The notes below the pieces were generated by a model that was not told where the DNA came from, searched no databases, and worked only from the letters and a program-made list of their open reading frames with translations. From an uncultured Chlamydiae bacterium (lineage in GTDB: Bacteria; Chlamydiota; Chlamydiia; Chlamydiales; Rhabdochlamydiaceae), in NCBI GenBank assembly GCA_903824495.1, contig CAIJXB010000061.1, positions 13,569 to 77,568 of the forward strand: DNA of 64,000 bases, written 5' to 3'. The translations under genes were made by a program, and so were the position numbers. This document shows positions 11,005 to 20,096 of the stretch, piece by piece; position 1 is the first letter of the stretch; each line of letters opens with the position of its first letter.

Positions 11005-11856
11005 ATGAATGCAACACCTATGACATTTTCTCAAAAATGGGACGCTACCGTTTCCTTAGAAGCCCAGGATAGTCACGGATGGACAGCCTTTCGTTATGAT
11101 ATGGGGTGTGTTGGTATCGGCATAGGAGCTGTCGCTATTACTGTGGGAGTTATCGCTCTAGCAGTCTTCAGTGGTATTATTGTCTCCCCTGAAGCCGCCT
11201 TCACCTTAGGCACCTTTGTAGGCTATGTTGTTGGAACCTTAGCAACTAGAGTAGCCAAACCTTTCTATGCTTGGGCTTCCTATCACTATAATCTTGCAAA
11301 TCAAGCTTCTATAGTACGAGAGGAGTATGAACAATTGAGACTCAATCCTAGGATCCTCTGTCCCAAAGGAAAGGCTCTTAGTAGAATTTGGAAGCAAAAT
11401 TATGCTAGCCCCACCTATAATGATTTCCTTCAAGCAAAAGAGACATCCTCTAACACGCACGAGCATAGAAAATTTTTTCGTGAAAAAGAAAGAGACGCTG
11501 CGATCAAAAGAGTAGAGTACATTTTCTGGAAAACACTCGCTAAAAACAATACCCTTTTTGAAAAAGTCTTTCTAGAGCATGGAACAAATGCTGGGGGCTT
11601 TATTGATGCTCATAACGCTATCTCTAAATTTGCTACGTGGGATTCTCGTAGTACGGACGAAAGGCTTGAAGCCATTTATAACCGCGACCTAGATAGCGAC
11701 ATCTTACTGACGTTTAACAATCCAGACATTCCAACTATTTCTTATTCCGCAATTTTGAGAAATGATTACCTGGGATTTCATGAGCGAAAATTTCTTGAAC
11801 AAGACTTCATCCGAGCCTTAACGAACATTCCAGAAACTAGAGAAGAAGCCGTTTAA
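11005..11856 (+). CDS. Hypothetical membrane protein, Inc-like (bilobed hydrophobic domain)
   Basis: About 35 aa from the start there is a roughly 55-aa double hydrophobic segment (VGIGIGAVAITVGVIALAVFSGIIVSPEAAFTLGTFVGYVVGTLA), followed by a soluble C-terminal domain. I preferred the ATG at 11005 (GGAG 6 nt upstream) over the TTG at 10993. Confidence 0.55.
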   Translation: MNATPMTFSQKWDATVSLEAQDSHGWTAFRYDMGCVGIGIGAVAITVGVIALAVFSGIIVSPEAAFTLGTFVGYVVGTLATRVAKPFYAWASYHYNLANQASIVREEYEQLRLNPRILCPKGKALSRIWKQNYASPTYNDFLQAKETSSNTHEHRKFFREKERDAAIKRVEYIFWKTLAKNNTLFEKVFLEHGTNAGGFIDAHNAISKFATWDSRSTDERLEAIYNRDLDSDILLTFNNPDIPTISYSAILRNDYLGFHERKFLEQDFIRALTNIPETREEAV

Positions 11857-13063
11857 GCTCTGTTTGAATCCCCCCACTGATCTCTACTTGTCCGTCTTTA
11901 GTAACGAAAACATCGTACTCAAGACGGACTCCAAATTTACCAGGTAAGTAAATCCCTGGTTCTATAGAAAAACAAGTCTCTGGAAGAATAAGCCTCTCAT
12001 CAAATGTCTCCAAACTGTCCATGTGGGTTCCAGGTCCATGATCTTGCGTATAAATGTTATGACCTGTGCGGTGGATGAAAAATTCTCCATAGCCGGCATC
12101 TTCTATCACTTTGCGTGCAGCTTGATCGACTTCACATCCTTTGATCGGTTTGTTTTGGAAAAACCGCTCTTTTACAAGCAATAAAGCCTCTTGCTGCGCT
12201 TTTTTAACAATCAAAAAGATCTCTTGCTGTAAGACTGTTGGCTCTTTTGATGCAACACCGACTCTACAAATATCTCCATAGATCGCACCTAGCGTGTTTT
12301 TCTTGCACCATAGATCAATCAGTACAAAATCCCCTTGCCTGATCTCTTTATGAACCTCTTTGCTTGGAACATAATGGGGATTGCTGCTGTTTTCATTCAC
12401 AGCGCAAATGGGACCACTTTCGCAGAGGCATCCTTCGCTATGAATCCTTGCAATAATGAACTGCTGCACATCGTATTCTGTTATCTTTTGCTTATCCTTA
12501 AGACTCTTTGCAATAAAATCCCAAGCAGACTCTACCACTAAATCTAAAACATGAGCTGCCTCTAGCTGACTTTTTCTTTGCGCAGGTGTTAATACAGAAG
12601 TAAACTCTTGGATCAAACGAGAGGAAGAAACAACTTCTGGAACGCTTTCCCTTACAAGATCAAGTGTGCCTGCATCCACAAGAGAAATAGCTGGGATGGC
12701 GTTTCTTGGAGAATACTCCATAGCAAGAGAGGTAACGCCTTTTAAGGTTTTTTTCAGCTCTTCTTCAAGAGTTTGCCATTTGAAGTAGGTAACACGAGTT
12801 CCTGGTAAATGGTCTAACACGTGAGCTTCTGTGGCATGAACGATTTTGATAGGTTCACCGTTTGCTGGGATCCAATAAAAAAAGCGTCTACTTAAAAACT
12901 GAGAAGGGGGGATTTCTAAAAACTCTATGGCCAGTGGATTTTTCTTTTGAAAATCGTAGAGGAGCCATCCACTAATCTTTTCTTCTTTTAAAAGAGCTTG
13001 TACGCGCTTAATCTTTTCCATCATCATGAAAAAACTCTTTTGTTTTGTTAGTGATACAGACAC
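11837..13063 (-). CDS. M24-family Xaa-Pro aminopeptidase / prolidase-like peptidase
   Basis: The pita-bread fold motifs DLWCKK...YGDICR, HRTGHNIY, SIEPGIY and GVRLEYDV are present. The start may instead be the MMMEK codons near 13027. Confidence 0.85.
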   Translation of the reverse strand: MSVSLTKQKSFFMMMEKIKRVQALLKEEKISGWLLYDFQKKNPLAIEFLEIPPSQFLSRRFFYWIPANGEPIKIVHATEAHVLDHLPGTRVTYFKWQTLEEELKKTLKGVTSLAMEYSPRNAIPAISLVDAGTLDLVRESVPEVVSSSRLIQEFTSVLTPAQRKSQLEAAHVLDLVVESAWDFIAKSLKDKQKITEYDVQQFIIARIHSEGCLCESGPICAVNENSSNPHYVPSKEVHKEIRQGDFVLIDLWCKKNTLGAIYGDICRVGVASKEPTVLQQEIFLIVKKAQQEALLLVKERFFQNKPIKGCEVDQAARKVIEDAGYGEFFIHRTGHNIYTQDHGPGTHMDSLETFDERLILPETCFSIEPGIYLPGKFGVRLEYDVFVTKDGQVEISGGIQTELKRLLL

Positions 13064-14802
13064 TGGATCAAAGCAGAAGCTGCTACAACGCGAAGCCCCT
13101 GAAAAGGCTCTTTTAAAAGGCTGACTAAAAAAGGAACTGCTGAGGCGTCGCCAATATGACCTATTGCTTCCAAAATATGCATTTTCATTTCACGATCAAC
13201 TTGTGGATACGCTGCAATAAGAACTTTAACAGCAGAAGGATCTCCCCCTAAAAGGGCTAGAATAAGAGCTGCTTGTATGCGCACTTTCTCATCAGGGTCT
13301 TCTAAAAGGCCCCGAATGATCTCAAGGGCGCTTTCATCCCCTTCTTGTAGAAGGTGAGCGGCTGCCGCTGCTGTTACTCCCCAAGCTTGAGCCTTTAAGA
13401 ATTTTTTCACAGCCTCTTGCGTTTTCGGATATTTGACAATGCTTAAAATAGATAATAGATCCAATTTAACGAGGTGATCAACCATTTGAGGGTACTGAGG
13501 GATTTCTTCTCGATGACGCACGTTACTGGGGCTTAAACTCTGAAAAAGACCACTGCTGCTGCTTTCCCACATCCAAAGCTGCTTCTCGCCTGAGTCTAAA
13601 GCTCCTGCTAAAACTTCAGAGGCTTGTTTTACTTCTTTCCGCTGTCCGATTAGACCAATGGCTAAATTCACTTTCGTATAAAGATCGGTCTCTTCTTTCA
13701 AAAGCCTTGCAGCAAGATCTGATCCTTGAGCTCCGGTAGCCGAAAGAGCTGCCGCAGCAAGTCTTTTAAACTCGAGACGATTTTGCTTGATCCACTGCTG
13801 GAGAACAATCTGTCCCTGTGCATCACCTAAAACAGTAGCAAGCCATCCTGCCATGATCGCCACTTCAGGATGTGCATCTTGCAAATTCTTTTTAAGAAGA
13901 TCTAAAGTGGGCTTGCCTTGCAACGTATTTATTCGCAAAAGACCGAGTGTTTTCATTGTAGAAATACGGACATCTGGTGATGCATCAAAAAGAAGAGGCA
14001 GTAAAGAGTCCGTCCCCTCCTTCAAATCTAGATGAGCTACAATTTCAGGAGCTAGCTGTCTTAGTCCCGCCCTGTCGCTATTTACAAGCTGAGAGAGCTC
14101 TTCTTGAGAAAGCGTTTCATACATGCCAGCAAGAGCAATCAAGGCATTAGCCTTTTCCTCGGCCATTGTTTTGGGGCTTGCCACCATCTCTTGAAGCGTA
14201 GATTTAGCTTCGCTCATCCTTAACTGACCGATAGCTTGAATCACTTCAAGCTTCACAAACCAAATCTTTTCTTCTTTTAATAAACGTAGAAGCTCTGCTC
14301 TTAACGGAGCGTCTCCATACTGAGATGAGAGTTTGACAGCTAAAGAGCGCAAGATCGCATTCGATCCTTGGAGCTCCTTCATCAAAATAGCAATAGCTCT
14401 TGCATCTTGAGTAAACGCGGCTCCTAAAAGAGCGTAGAGCCTTACCATGAGTAGTGGAGACTCATCACCTTTATTTAAAACTCCCCAAGCAAGCCATTCT
14501 AAGATAACTCTATCGGGAGGGCTCGATGTTTCAGGAGTTTTGAAAATAGAAATAAACTGCTCAAACGCCTCGACCTCTTCCCCTTTTTGACAAAGAGCTT
14601 TTAAATAGGCGAGCTGAAGATTTAAAGACTGTGGATAGAGTTTTAACGAGTTTTGAGCTTCTTGAACAGCTGCTGCTGGATCTTTGATGAAAAGATGACT
14701 ATGGATTCTTTTGACAGCCGTTTCTTCATCCGTTAGCTCTGCTGCACAGGCAAAACTGCTTGTAAGACTTAAGAGAAAAAGTGCTTTTTTTAAGCGACGC
14801 AT
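13048..14802 (-). CDS. Secreted HEAT/PBS-lyase-type repeat protein
   Basis: It has a signal peptide (MRRLKKALFLLSLTSSFACAAE) and then repeated alpha-helical units of the type DxxVRxxAAxALGxxG (e.g. DEKVRIQAALILALLGG). The start was set at the signal-peptide Met, whereas the track ORF extends to 14859. Confidence 0.75.
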   Translation of the reverse strand: MRRLKKALFLLSLTSSFACAAELTDEETAVKRIHSHLFIKDPAAAVQEAQNSLKLYPQSLNLQLAYLKALCQKGEEVEAFEQFISIFKTPETSSPPDRVILEWLAWGVLNKGDESPLLMVRLYALLGAAFTQDARAIAILMKELQGSNAILRSLAVKLSSQYGDAPLRAELLRLLKEEKIWFVKLEVIQAIGQLRMSEAKSTLQEMVASPKTMAEEKANALIALAGMYETLSQEELSQLVNSDRAGLRQLAPEIVAHLDLKEGTDSLLPLLFDASPDVRISTMKTLGLLRINTLQGKPTLDLLKKNLQDAHPEVAIMAGWLATVLGDAQGQIVLQQWIKQNRLEFKRLAAAALSATGAQGSDLAARLLKEETDLYTKVNLAIGLIGQRKEVKQASEVLAGALDSGEKQLWMWESSSSGLFQSLSPSNVRHREEIPQYPQMVDHLVKLDLLSILSIVKYPKTQEAVKKFLKAQAWGVTAAAAAHLLQEGDESALEIIRGLLEDPDEKVRIQAALILALLGGDPSAVKVLIAAYPQVDREMKMHILEAIGHIGDASAVPFLVSLLKEPFQGLRVVAASALIQCLYH

Positions 14803-14875
14803 GATCAGGTCTATTTCCTTATTGTCTTTAAAATTGCAACATAGTCGAAGAAAGGTCAAAAGCCAAGAACTATCC

Positions 14876-15220
14876 TCATTCTAGGCCCGTATGAGTATGC
14901 AAAGGTTTACCTCCAATCAAATGAAAATGCAGATGGTGGACAACTTGTCCTCCATCTTTTCCATTGTTTGTCAAAAGGCGATACCCATTTGCGATCCCTT
15001 TTTCTTTGGCGATTTGTTGAGCCACAACAATCATCTCTGTCACTAAGTGCATGTCTTCTGGCAATACCGATTGAAGATTGGGGATCTCTTTTTTAGGAAT
15101 GATCAAAATGTGCACAGGCGCTTTAGGAGCAATGTCCTTAAAGGCTAAAATACGCTCATTTTCAAACACTTTGTCGCAAGGGATCTCTCCTCTTACAATC
15201 TTTCCAAAAATTGTCGTCAT
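14876..15220 (-). CDS. HIT-family (histidine triad) nucleotide hydrolase
   Basis: MTTIFGKIVRGEIPCDKVFENERILAFKDIAPKAPVHILIIPKK plus the histidine triad HHLHFHLIGG. The start was set at MTTIF, and the track ORF extends to 15280 into the upstream gene. Confidence 0.9.
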   Translation of the reverse strand: MTTIFGKIVRGEIPCDKVFENERILAFKDIAPKAPVHILIIPKKEIPNLQSVLPEDMHLVTEMIVVAQQIAKEKGIANGYRLLTNNGKDGGQVVHHLHFHLIGGKPLHTHTGLE

Positions 15221-15222
15221 TT

Positions 15223-16092
15223 TCACCCTTCTGTTAAGGCGTATTGCATAGCTTTGCGCGCATCTTCTTCTGTTTCCCAAACGGAAATAAAAAGTCCTTT
15301 ATGGCAAAAAATGGCACCGGGGATTTTACTGACCTTTTTTAGCTCTTCATCGAGTAGTCCGCCCCAAGCTTTAGGCAAGGGTTTTCTGACTTTCATCCGA
15401 TCGGCGCTAGAGGGTGGAATCCCTCGAAGCTTCCAGTGACCACCTGATGGCATAATCACAAATTTTGCAGGGTGGTTTTCTCCCCCAAGATCAAAAAATG
15501 CATCAAGCCACGGCATCGGCTTTGAAAACTGCAGAAATTCTTTTCCTTCTGCCATCGCCGTTTTGACAAGGTCTCGGCACCCTTGAACATATGCAAACCT
15601 GTCGAGCGTTCTTTTCAAGTGTCCCGTTACAAAATCGACCGCTTGATGGAAAGCTCGATCTTGATCTTCAGGCAGAGCGTCATAATGAACAGGAACAAAA
15701 TTGCTGATGATCTGCGAAAAGGTGCAGATCCCCGGCTCAAATGTCACGCGACCATTATCATGGGCATCGACCCCTTGGATCAACGAGTGGTTTAAAAAGC
15801 TGTAAGTAGCTCTATTTACTACACCTGTTTCATGCAAATAAAGCCATATCATCCCGGCGCTGCTGAAATCACCCCTATAAGAGGCTTGGTGATGGTCAAA
15901 CCGTTTTTTAGCAGGAGCGTATTCCCCCCCTACGTCACAGACGAATTCGCACTGAGAAAGCTTGTCGATAAGCCTTGTTCTTATAATCTTATCTCGATCG
16001 ATCAAATCGTATACGAGAAGCAGCGCGCAAGCAGTGACTTCATCCGCATGAAAAGTCCCATCATGGGCTCCAAAACTTCGGGGGATGACCAT
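15223..16092 (-). CDS. MYG1/UPF0160-family metal-dependent hydrolase
   Basis: A 289-aa ORF with the N-terminal HDGTFHADEVTACALL motif typical of MYG1. Confidence 0.78.
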   Translation of the reverse strand: MVIPRSFGAHDGTFHADEVTACALLLVYDLIDRDKIIRTRLIDKLSQCEFVCDVGGEYAPAKKRFDHHQASYRGDFSSAGMIWLYLHETGVVNRATYSFLNHSLIQGVDAHDNGRVTFEPGICTFSQIISNFVPVHYDALPEDQDRAFHQAVDFVTGHLKRTLDRFAYVQGCRDLVKTAMAEGKEFLQFSKPMPWLDAFFDLGGENHPAKFVIMPSGGHWKLRGIPPSSADRMKVRKPLPKAWGGLLDEELKKVSKIPGAIFCHKGLFISVWETEEDARKAMQYALTEG

Positions 16093-16261
16093 TGTCTATC
16101 CTTTTGCAAAAGTGAAACAGGCCAATCTATCGCACCCTGAGTTAAATAGCAAGAAATGAACAAGTAAAAAAATAAATATTGTCGGTTAAAAGGCACGTGT
16201 TTATAGTAGATCAAAGATTTTTTAGAATCTTCTCCACATGCAGAAAATAGAATTTGTTTAA

Positions 16262-16606
16262 CTGACAAAACGTCCAATATATCATACAACGAAAGAAAAA
16301 GCTTATACAATCTACAACGCACCCGAGTACGATGAATGGCTAGACGAGCAACCAGCCAAAAGTCAGGTGCAAGTTCGATCTCGAATATCTTATATTCAAA
16401 ACGAAGGATATTTCGGCGACCACAAGAAAGTGGGAAATGAGATATCTGAGCTTAGGTGGAAAAATGGCCGGCGCGTTTATCATGCCGACATACCGGAAAA
16501 GAAAATCTTACTTTTGCTCGGAGGAAATAAAATTGGTCAAGGAAAAGACATCCGTCAAGCGCAGAAAATCCTCAATAAACACGTCTCGTCTGAAGAAGAT
16601 TCCTAA
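16262..16606 (+). CDS. HigB/RelE-superfamily 'addiction module killer' toxin (start codon unclear)
   Basis: YFGDHKKVGNEISELRWKNGRRVYHADIPEKKILLLLGGNKIGQGKDIRQAQ matches the GDxKxVGxGVxELRIxxGPGYRVYF...ILLLxGGDKxxQxxDI pattern. The conserved N-terminal part (YTIYNAPEYDEWLDEQ) lies upstream of the first canonical start (GTG at 16367). The in-frame stretch back to the stop at 16259 has no ATG, GTG or TTG. Confidence 0.6.
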   Translation: MTKRPIYHTTKEKAYTIYNAPEYDEWLDEQPAKSQVQVRSRISYIQNEGYFGDHKKVGNEISELRWKNGRRVYHADIPEKKILLLLGGNKIGQGKDIRQAQKILNKHVSSEEDS

Positions 16607-16877
16607 ACTGAAGCTCAAAAAAGGCTCAGGTGTTCGAAAGAGCAATCCAAGAGAAGAGCTGCTGGATGAAGAATTGATCGGTCGCGCAATTTGGGAATGT
16701 CTCAAAGATGGCGATTCCGAGGGAGTGATTGAAGTGATCAGGATCCACCTAGAAGCGGTCAATAAAACCCAAATAGCTAAAGAGAGCGAGATGGCCAGAT
16801 CAACAATGTACCATACCCTTAAAAGCAAAAATCCTACTGTAAAAACGCTAGCAAAGCTGGTCCACGCCTGCGTTTAG
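16437..16877 (+). CDS. HigA-type HTH antitoxin ('addiction module antidote'), true start uncertain
   Basis: The C-terminal 90 aa (NPREELLDEELIGRAIWECLKDGDSEGVIEVIRIHLEAVNKTQIAKESEMARSTMYHTLKSKNPTVKTLAKLVHACV) fit the antidote/HTH family. The ATG codons (16437, 16464, 16482) all lie inside the toxin ORF. Only ATT (16599) or CTG (16608) are available near the toxin stop. Confidence 0.6.
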   Translation: MRYLSLGGKMAGAFIMPTYRKRKSYFCSEEIKLVKEKTSVKRRKSSINTSRLKKIPKLKLKKGSGVRKSNPREELLDEELIGRAIWECLKDGDSEGVIEVIRIHLEAVNKTQIAKESEMARSTMYHTLKSKNPTVKTLAKLVHACV

Positions 16878-16971
16878 TTGCCAAGGAAAATCTTGAGCCA
16901 TTTTTGATTGATTAAATGGGGAATAAGGGCCTACACTTACTCTCTTTTTAATAACAAACTACCTTTGAAAT

Positions 16972-17664
16972 ATGTCCTCTACATTACCTATTGACAGCAA
17001 TACTCCCGTTTTTCTCAACCCAGACTACTCATCAAAACTCGATTCTTGGAATGGAAGGAAAGTGGTGCATTTACCAGTTACAGAAGAAAATCGATCTCAA
17101 TGGGAAAGCTACGGCATCAACTGGATAGAGCCTGCTTTTGGAAATCAAGCCCTTGCCAATGCTGTACTTCCTGAGGGGTGGAAATTAAGATGCAATTTCG
17201 ATCATCAGTCTTTTACAGTACTTGACAGCAACCTTTTTCCTAAAGCCACAATTGACTTCTCGATTGACCGATCGAACCATCTTGATACACAAATTACTTT
17301 CTTGAGCCAAGAAGCGAGTAAGAGACAATTTGAAATAAAAGAAATTAATATGGAAGCAAAAAAACGGAATATCGCTAAAGGCAGATCAGACACATGGTCT
17401 GAAAGTCATCCTTTTTGGGTCTGCCATCCCTCATCCGAAAGAACTGCAGAGCACCAATTAGGACTCCACCCCGTTGATCCTATTACAAATTTTGCAGACG
17501 AACTCCGTTGCTATGGCTTTTTTAAAACAAAGGATCTAGCAGATTTGGCTAAAGATTTCCTAGAAACTCATACAGAGTTCCCTATCAATGCGCTAGAGAT
17601 GGATAAACGAGGATTCGAGGCTTTAACAAGGGATGGGTACACATTGATCAACCCCTTTATCTAG
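16972..17664 (+). CDS. Hypothetical protein (no domain recognised)
   Basis: A clean 230-aa ORF with no competing frame. No motif was recognised. Confidence 0.55.
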   Translation: MSSTLPIDSNTPVFLNPDYSSKLDSWNGRKVVHLPVTEENRSQWESYGINWIEPAFGNQALANAVLPEGWKLRCNFDHQSFTVLDSNLFPKATIDFSIDRSNHLDTQITFLSQEASKRQFEIKEINMEAKKRNIAKGRSDTWSESHPFWVCHPSSERTAEHQLGLHPVDPITNFADELRCYGFFKTKDLADLAKDFLETHTEFPINALEMDKRGFEALTRDGYTLINPFI

Positions 17665-17725
17665 AACAATCGAACCTTCTTCGTTAACCTCTCAAATTCA
17701 AACTTCTTCCTATAGAAAACTTAAG

Positions 17726-17868
17726 GTTATCAACAAGTTTTCCACACATGCACACATGTGCCCATTTACCACTTAACAATTTAAACACAAGTATATTACA
17801 ACTTGAAAACGCCAAACTTATCCAAAAACATACAAAGAAGCCGCAAGTTATCAACAACTTTTTCCACA
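17726..17868 (+). repeat. Two copies of a 21-22-bp direct repeat, GTTATCAACAAnTTTT(T)CCACA
   Basis: Copies lie at 17726-17746 and 17847-17868, differing by one mismatch and a 1-nt indel, 121 bp apart. They sit in the 285-bp intergenic region upstream of the 17949 gene. Each ends in TTTTCCACA, which fits the relaxed DnaA-box consensus TTWTNCACA. An 8-bp palindrome, cacatgtg, follows the first copy. Confidence 0.6.
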
Positions 17869-17948
17869 AAATTTCACTAGAGCCCTTGTGCTTTTTAAGT
17901 GTTTTCCTTACTGTAAAAATATACGTGAGCAGTAAAACACCGAGCTAG

Positions 17949-20096
17949 ATGAAAACTTATTTAATATCAGATCTTTATGACCTTATCACTCCAGATGGAT
18001 TCATCTCGGAATACTCTCAGATAGATCAAAGACACGCTACAGCTACAGTCCTTATCCAAAAAATCTCCCCTGCATTTAGAGGTTTTGAAATCGATAAAGA
18101 CTTAGTCTCTTTTAACTTAAAAAGCACTCTAGCGCAACTTGGCCTTGATGCTCTTGGAACAGAATACCTTTTAGAAAGACAAGACAGATCTGCTCGAGTT
18201 AAAATTCATTTAACAGCTTACGGCAAACCTGCTGAGCTTCTTTTAAAACAACTCGATATCGGCTCTTACATCGGAAAACTCTTTGCAGCAGACCCTAAAA
18301 GAAAAGTAAGAGATCCGGATTATCTGCTTCGCATGTTCAATAGATGCGATCGCAAAGGACGCCCTCTGTTGTATCTTGGACAACCCGAAAACAGCGAAGA
18401 TCTTATTTTAGAAAAAAAAGACGGCCACACAGTTGCCTTCCTCTCTTTGTTACAAGGAACAATTGCGTATGATGAAGCCATCCTTGGCTTCATCCCAACT
18501 CTTGGCAAAGCTTTAAAACATCCCCACTTTCAAATGAGACCTCTTTTGCAACTTTTACAAAAGTGGCAACCTCAATCTCCCCGCTCTTTATCCGGTGATG
18601 ACATCCTGCTTGTTAAAACGCAGCCTCTACACGTTCGTACGGTCTTTGGCAAGGTTAGACAGGATCTGCTGCCTGAAGGCTTTAAACACACCTCTGCTTG
18701 CATTTTAGAGCCCTCTACTAAAGCCTCTGGTGATGTGTACGAGCTCTTTGGAACAAGTAGCTCCGAAATCAAGACGATCCCTTTAGAGTTTTTTACTTTA
18801 GAACCTCATAGAGAGCACGTCTTCTTTTCAGATCGAGATCAGTTGCAAACGTGCCTTGAAGATAAAGAGGTGCTGTTTCGCGCCTTTGAAACAGCGCCCC
18901 ATCCCTACCATCACAAGGCTGCTGTATTCATCGCAAAAGGCGAGCAGCTCATCAATTTGGAACCTGGCGATTGGATCTCTAAAGAGCCCCATTTTTATGA
19001 ATTTCCCGGCATGATCTACCACTCTGAAAGACAATCCCTCCTTGTTGAAAAATACATTGAACAGCAGCCGATCTACCCCTTTTTAAAAGCGATAGAGGAT
19101 GAACTGATCACAAGCCAAGGAGTTCTTCTTACTCGATTCTTCCCCTCTCCTATGATGAAGAAGATACTGCTTGATGACTTTGTTCATAGATGCCTTAAAG
19201 GGATCTACTTTGAAAAGCCCTCTAGAACTTTTGGAGATTTTTTCTCTCATGAAGACAGATCTATGCTTCTAGACTTAGCGAAATTTGCCATCCCTGTTTA
19301 CTGGGTAGATAAAAAAACAAGGCAGATCTTGCAATACATAGCCAAACCGAACAAAGACACGGGGATGTTTGTTCCCCTGCATTTGATCGATGACTTTTTA
19401 AATGCGGCTTCTTTTGGAATCTATGGCTCCAACTTGATCTATGGCCATTTTGAACAAGAGCTCACGACACTCTTTGCAGGACTTGAAAAACTCCGACATG
19501 AATTCAATCACCCTATGCTCAATACTAAAACACCGATTGCACTCATCACAGGGGGAGGTCCTGGCGTTATGGAGCTAGGCAATAAGGTAGCTAAATCATT
19601 AAAACTTCTTTCTTGTGCAAACCTCGTAGATTTCAACTCCCAAGGTGGCGCGATTGTCAATGAGCAAAATCAAAATCCTTATGTCGACATCAAAATGACC
19701 TATCGCCTCGATCGCCTTGTTGAAAGACAAGCTGAGTTCAATTTAGATTTTCCAATTTTCTTAGCAGGTGGAATCGGAACTGATTTTGAGTACAGTCTTG
19801 AAGAAGTGAGACGAAAAGTAGGATCTACAGCTTTAACGCCGATCCTTCTTTTTGGCCCCGAAGAATACTGGGCACAAAAGATCACTTCCAAATTTCAGTG
19901 TAATTTAAAGACTGGGACCATTGCTGGATCTGAATGGATCAGCAACTGCTTTTACTGCGTACAAAACGCAGATCAGGCTCTGCGCATCTACAAGCAGTTC
20001 CTTTCTGGAGAGCTCCCCATCGGTAAACAAGGCCCCATTTTCGAGGCCGGCTTTGTTGCCGTCAAAGGAGCTCTTCATAGAACTCTAAGCGTTTAA
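17949..20096 (+). CDS. Large protein with a C-terminal LOG/TIGR00730 (PpnN-like nucleotide 5'-monophosphate nucleosidase) domain
   Basis: The C-terminal roughly 200 aa carry ITGGGPGVMELGN and FLAGGIGTDFEYSLEE (the GGGxGxM and PGGxGTxxE LOG motifs). No domain was recognised in the N-terminal roughly 500 aa. Confidence 0.7.
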   Translation: MKTYLISDLYDLITPDGFISEYSQIDQRHATATVLIQKISPAFRGFEIDKDLVSFNLKSTLAQLGLDALGTEYLLERQDRSARVKIHLTAYGKPAELLLKQLDIGSYIGKLFAADPKRKVRDPDYLLRMFNRCDRKGRPLLYLGQPENSEDLILEKKDGHTVAFLSLLQGTIAYDEAILGFIPTLGKALKHPHFQMRPLLQLLQKWQPQSPRSLSGDDILLVKTQPLHVRTVFGKVRQDLLPEGFKHTSACILEPSTKASGDVYELFGTSSSEIKTIPLEFFTLEPHREHVFFSDRDQLQTCLEDKEVLFRAFETAPHPYHHKAAVFIAKGEQLINLEPGDWISKEPHFYEFPGMIYHSERQSLLVEKYIEQQPIYPFLKAIEDELITSQGVLLTRFFPSPMMKKILLDDFVHRCLKGIYFEKPSRTFGDFFSHEDRSMLLDLAKFAIPVYWVDKKTRQILQYIAKPNKDTGMFVPLHLIDDFLNAASFGIYGSNLIYGHFEQELTTLFAGLEKLRHEFNHPMLNTKTPIALITGGGPGVMELGNKVAKSLKLLSCANLVDFNSQGGAIVNEQNQNPYVDIKMTYRLDRLVERQAEFNLDFPIFLAGGIGTDFEYSLEEVRRKVGSTALTPILLFGPEEYWAQKITSKFQCNLKTGTIAGSEWISNCFYCVQNADQALRIYKQFLSGELPIGKQGPIFEAGFVAVKGALHRTLSV

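Noticed and set aside
16002-16322. A 106-aa minus-strand ORF spanning the MYG1 gene start and the upstream intergenic region.
   Set aside because: It overlaps the well-supported MYG1 N-terminus out of frame and runs through AT-rich intergenic DNA. It is likely spurious.
17684-17948. Interpreting the DnaA-box-like direct repeats as a replication origin.
   Set aside because: There are only two box-containing repeats, no obvious AT-rich unwinding element array, and no dnaA, dnaN or other origin-linked genes nearby. The repeats are kept as a low-interest regulatory-repeat finding, not as oriC.
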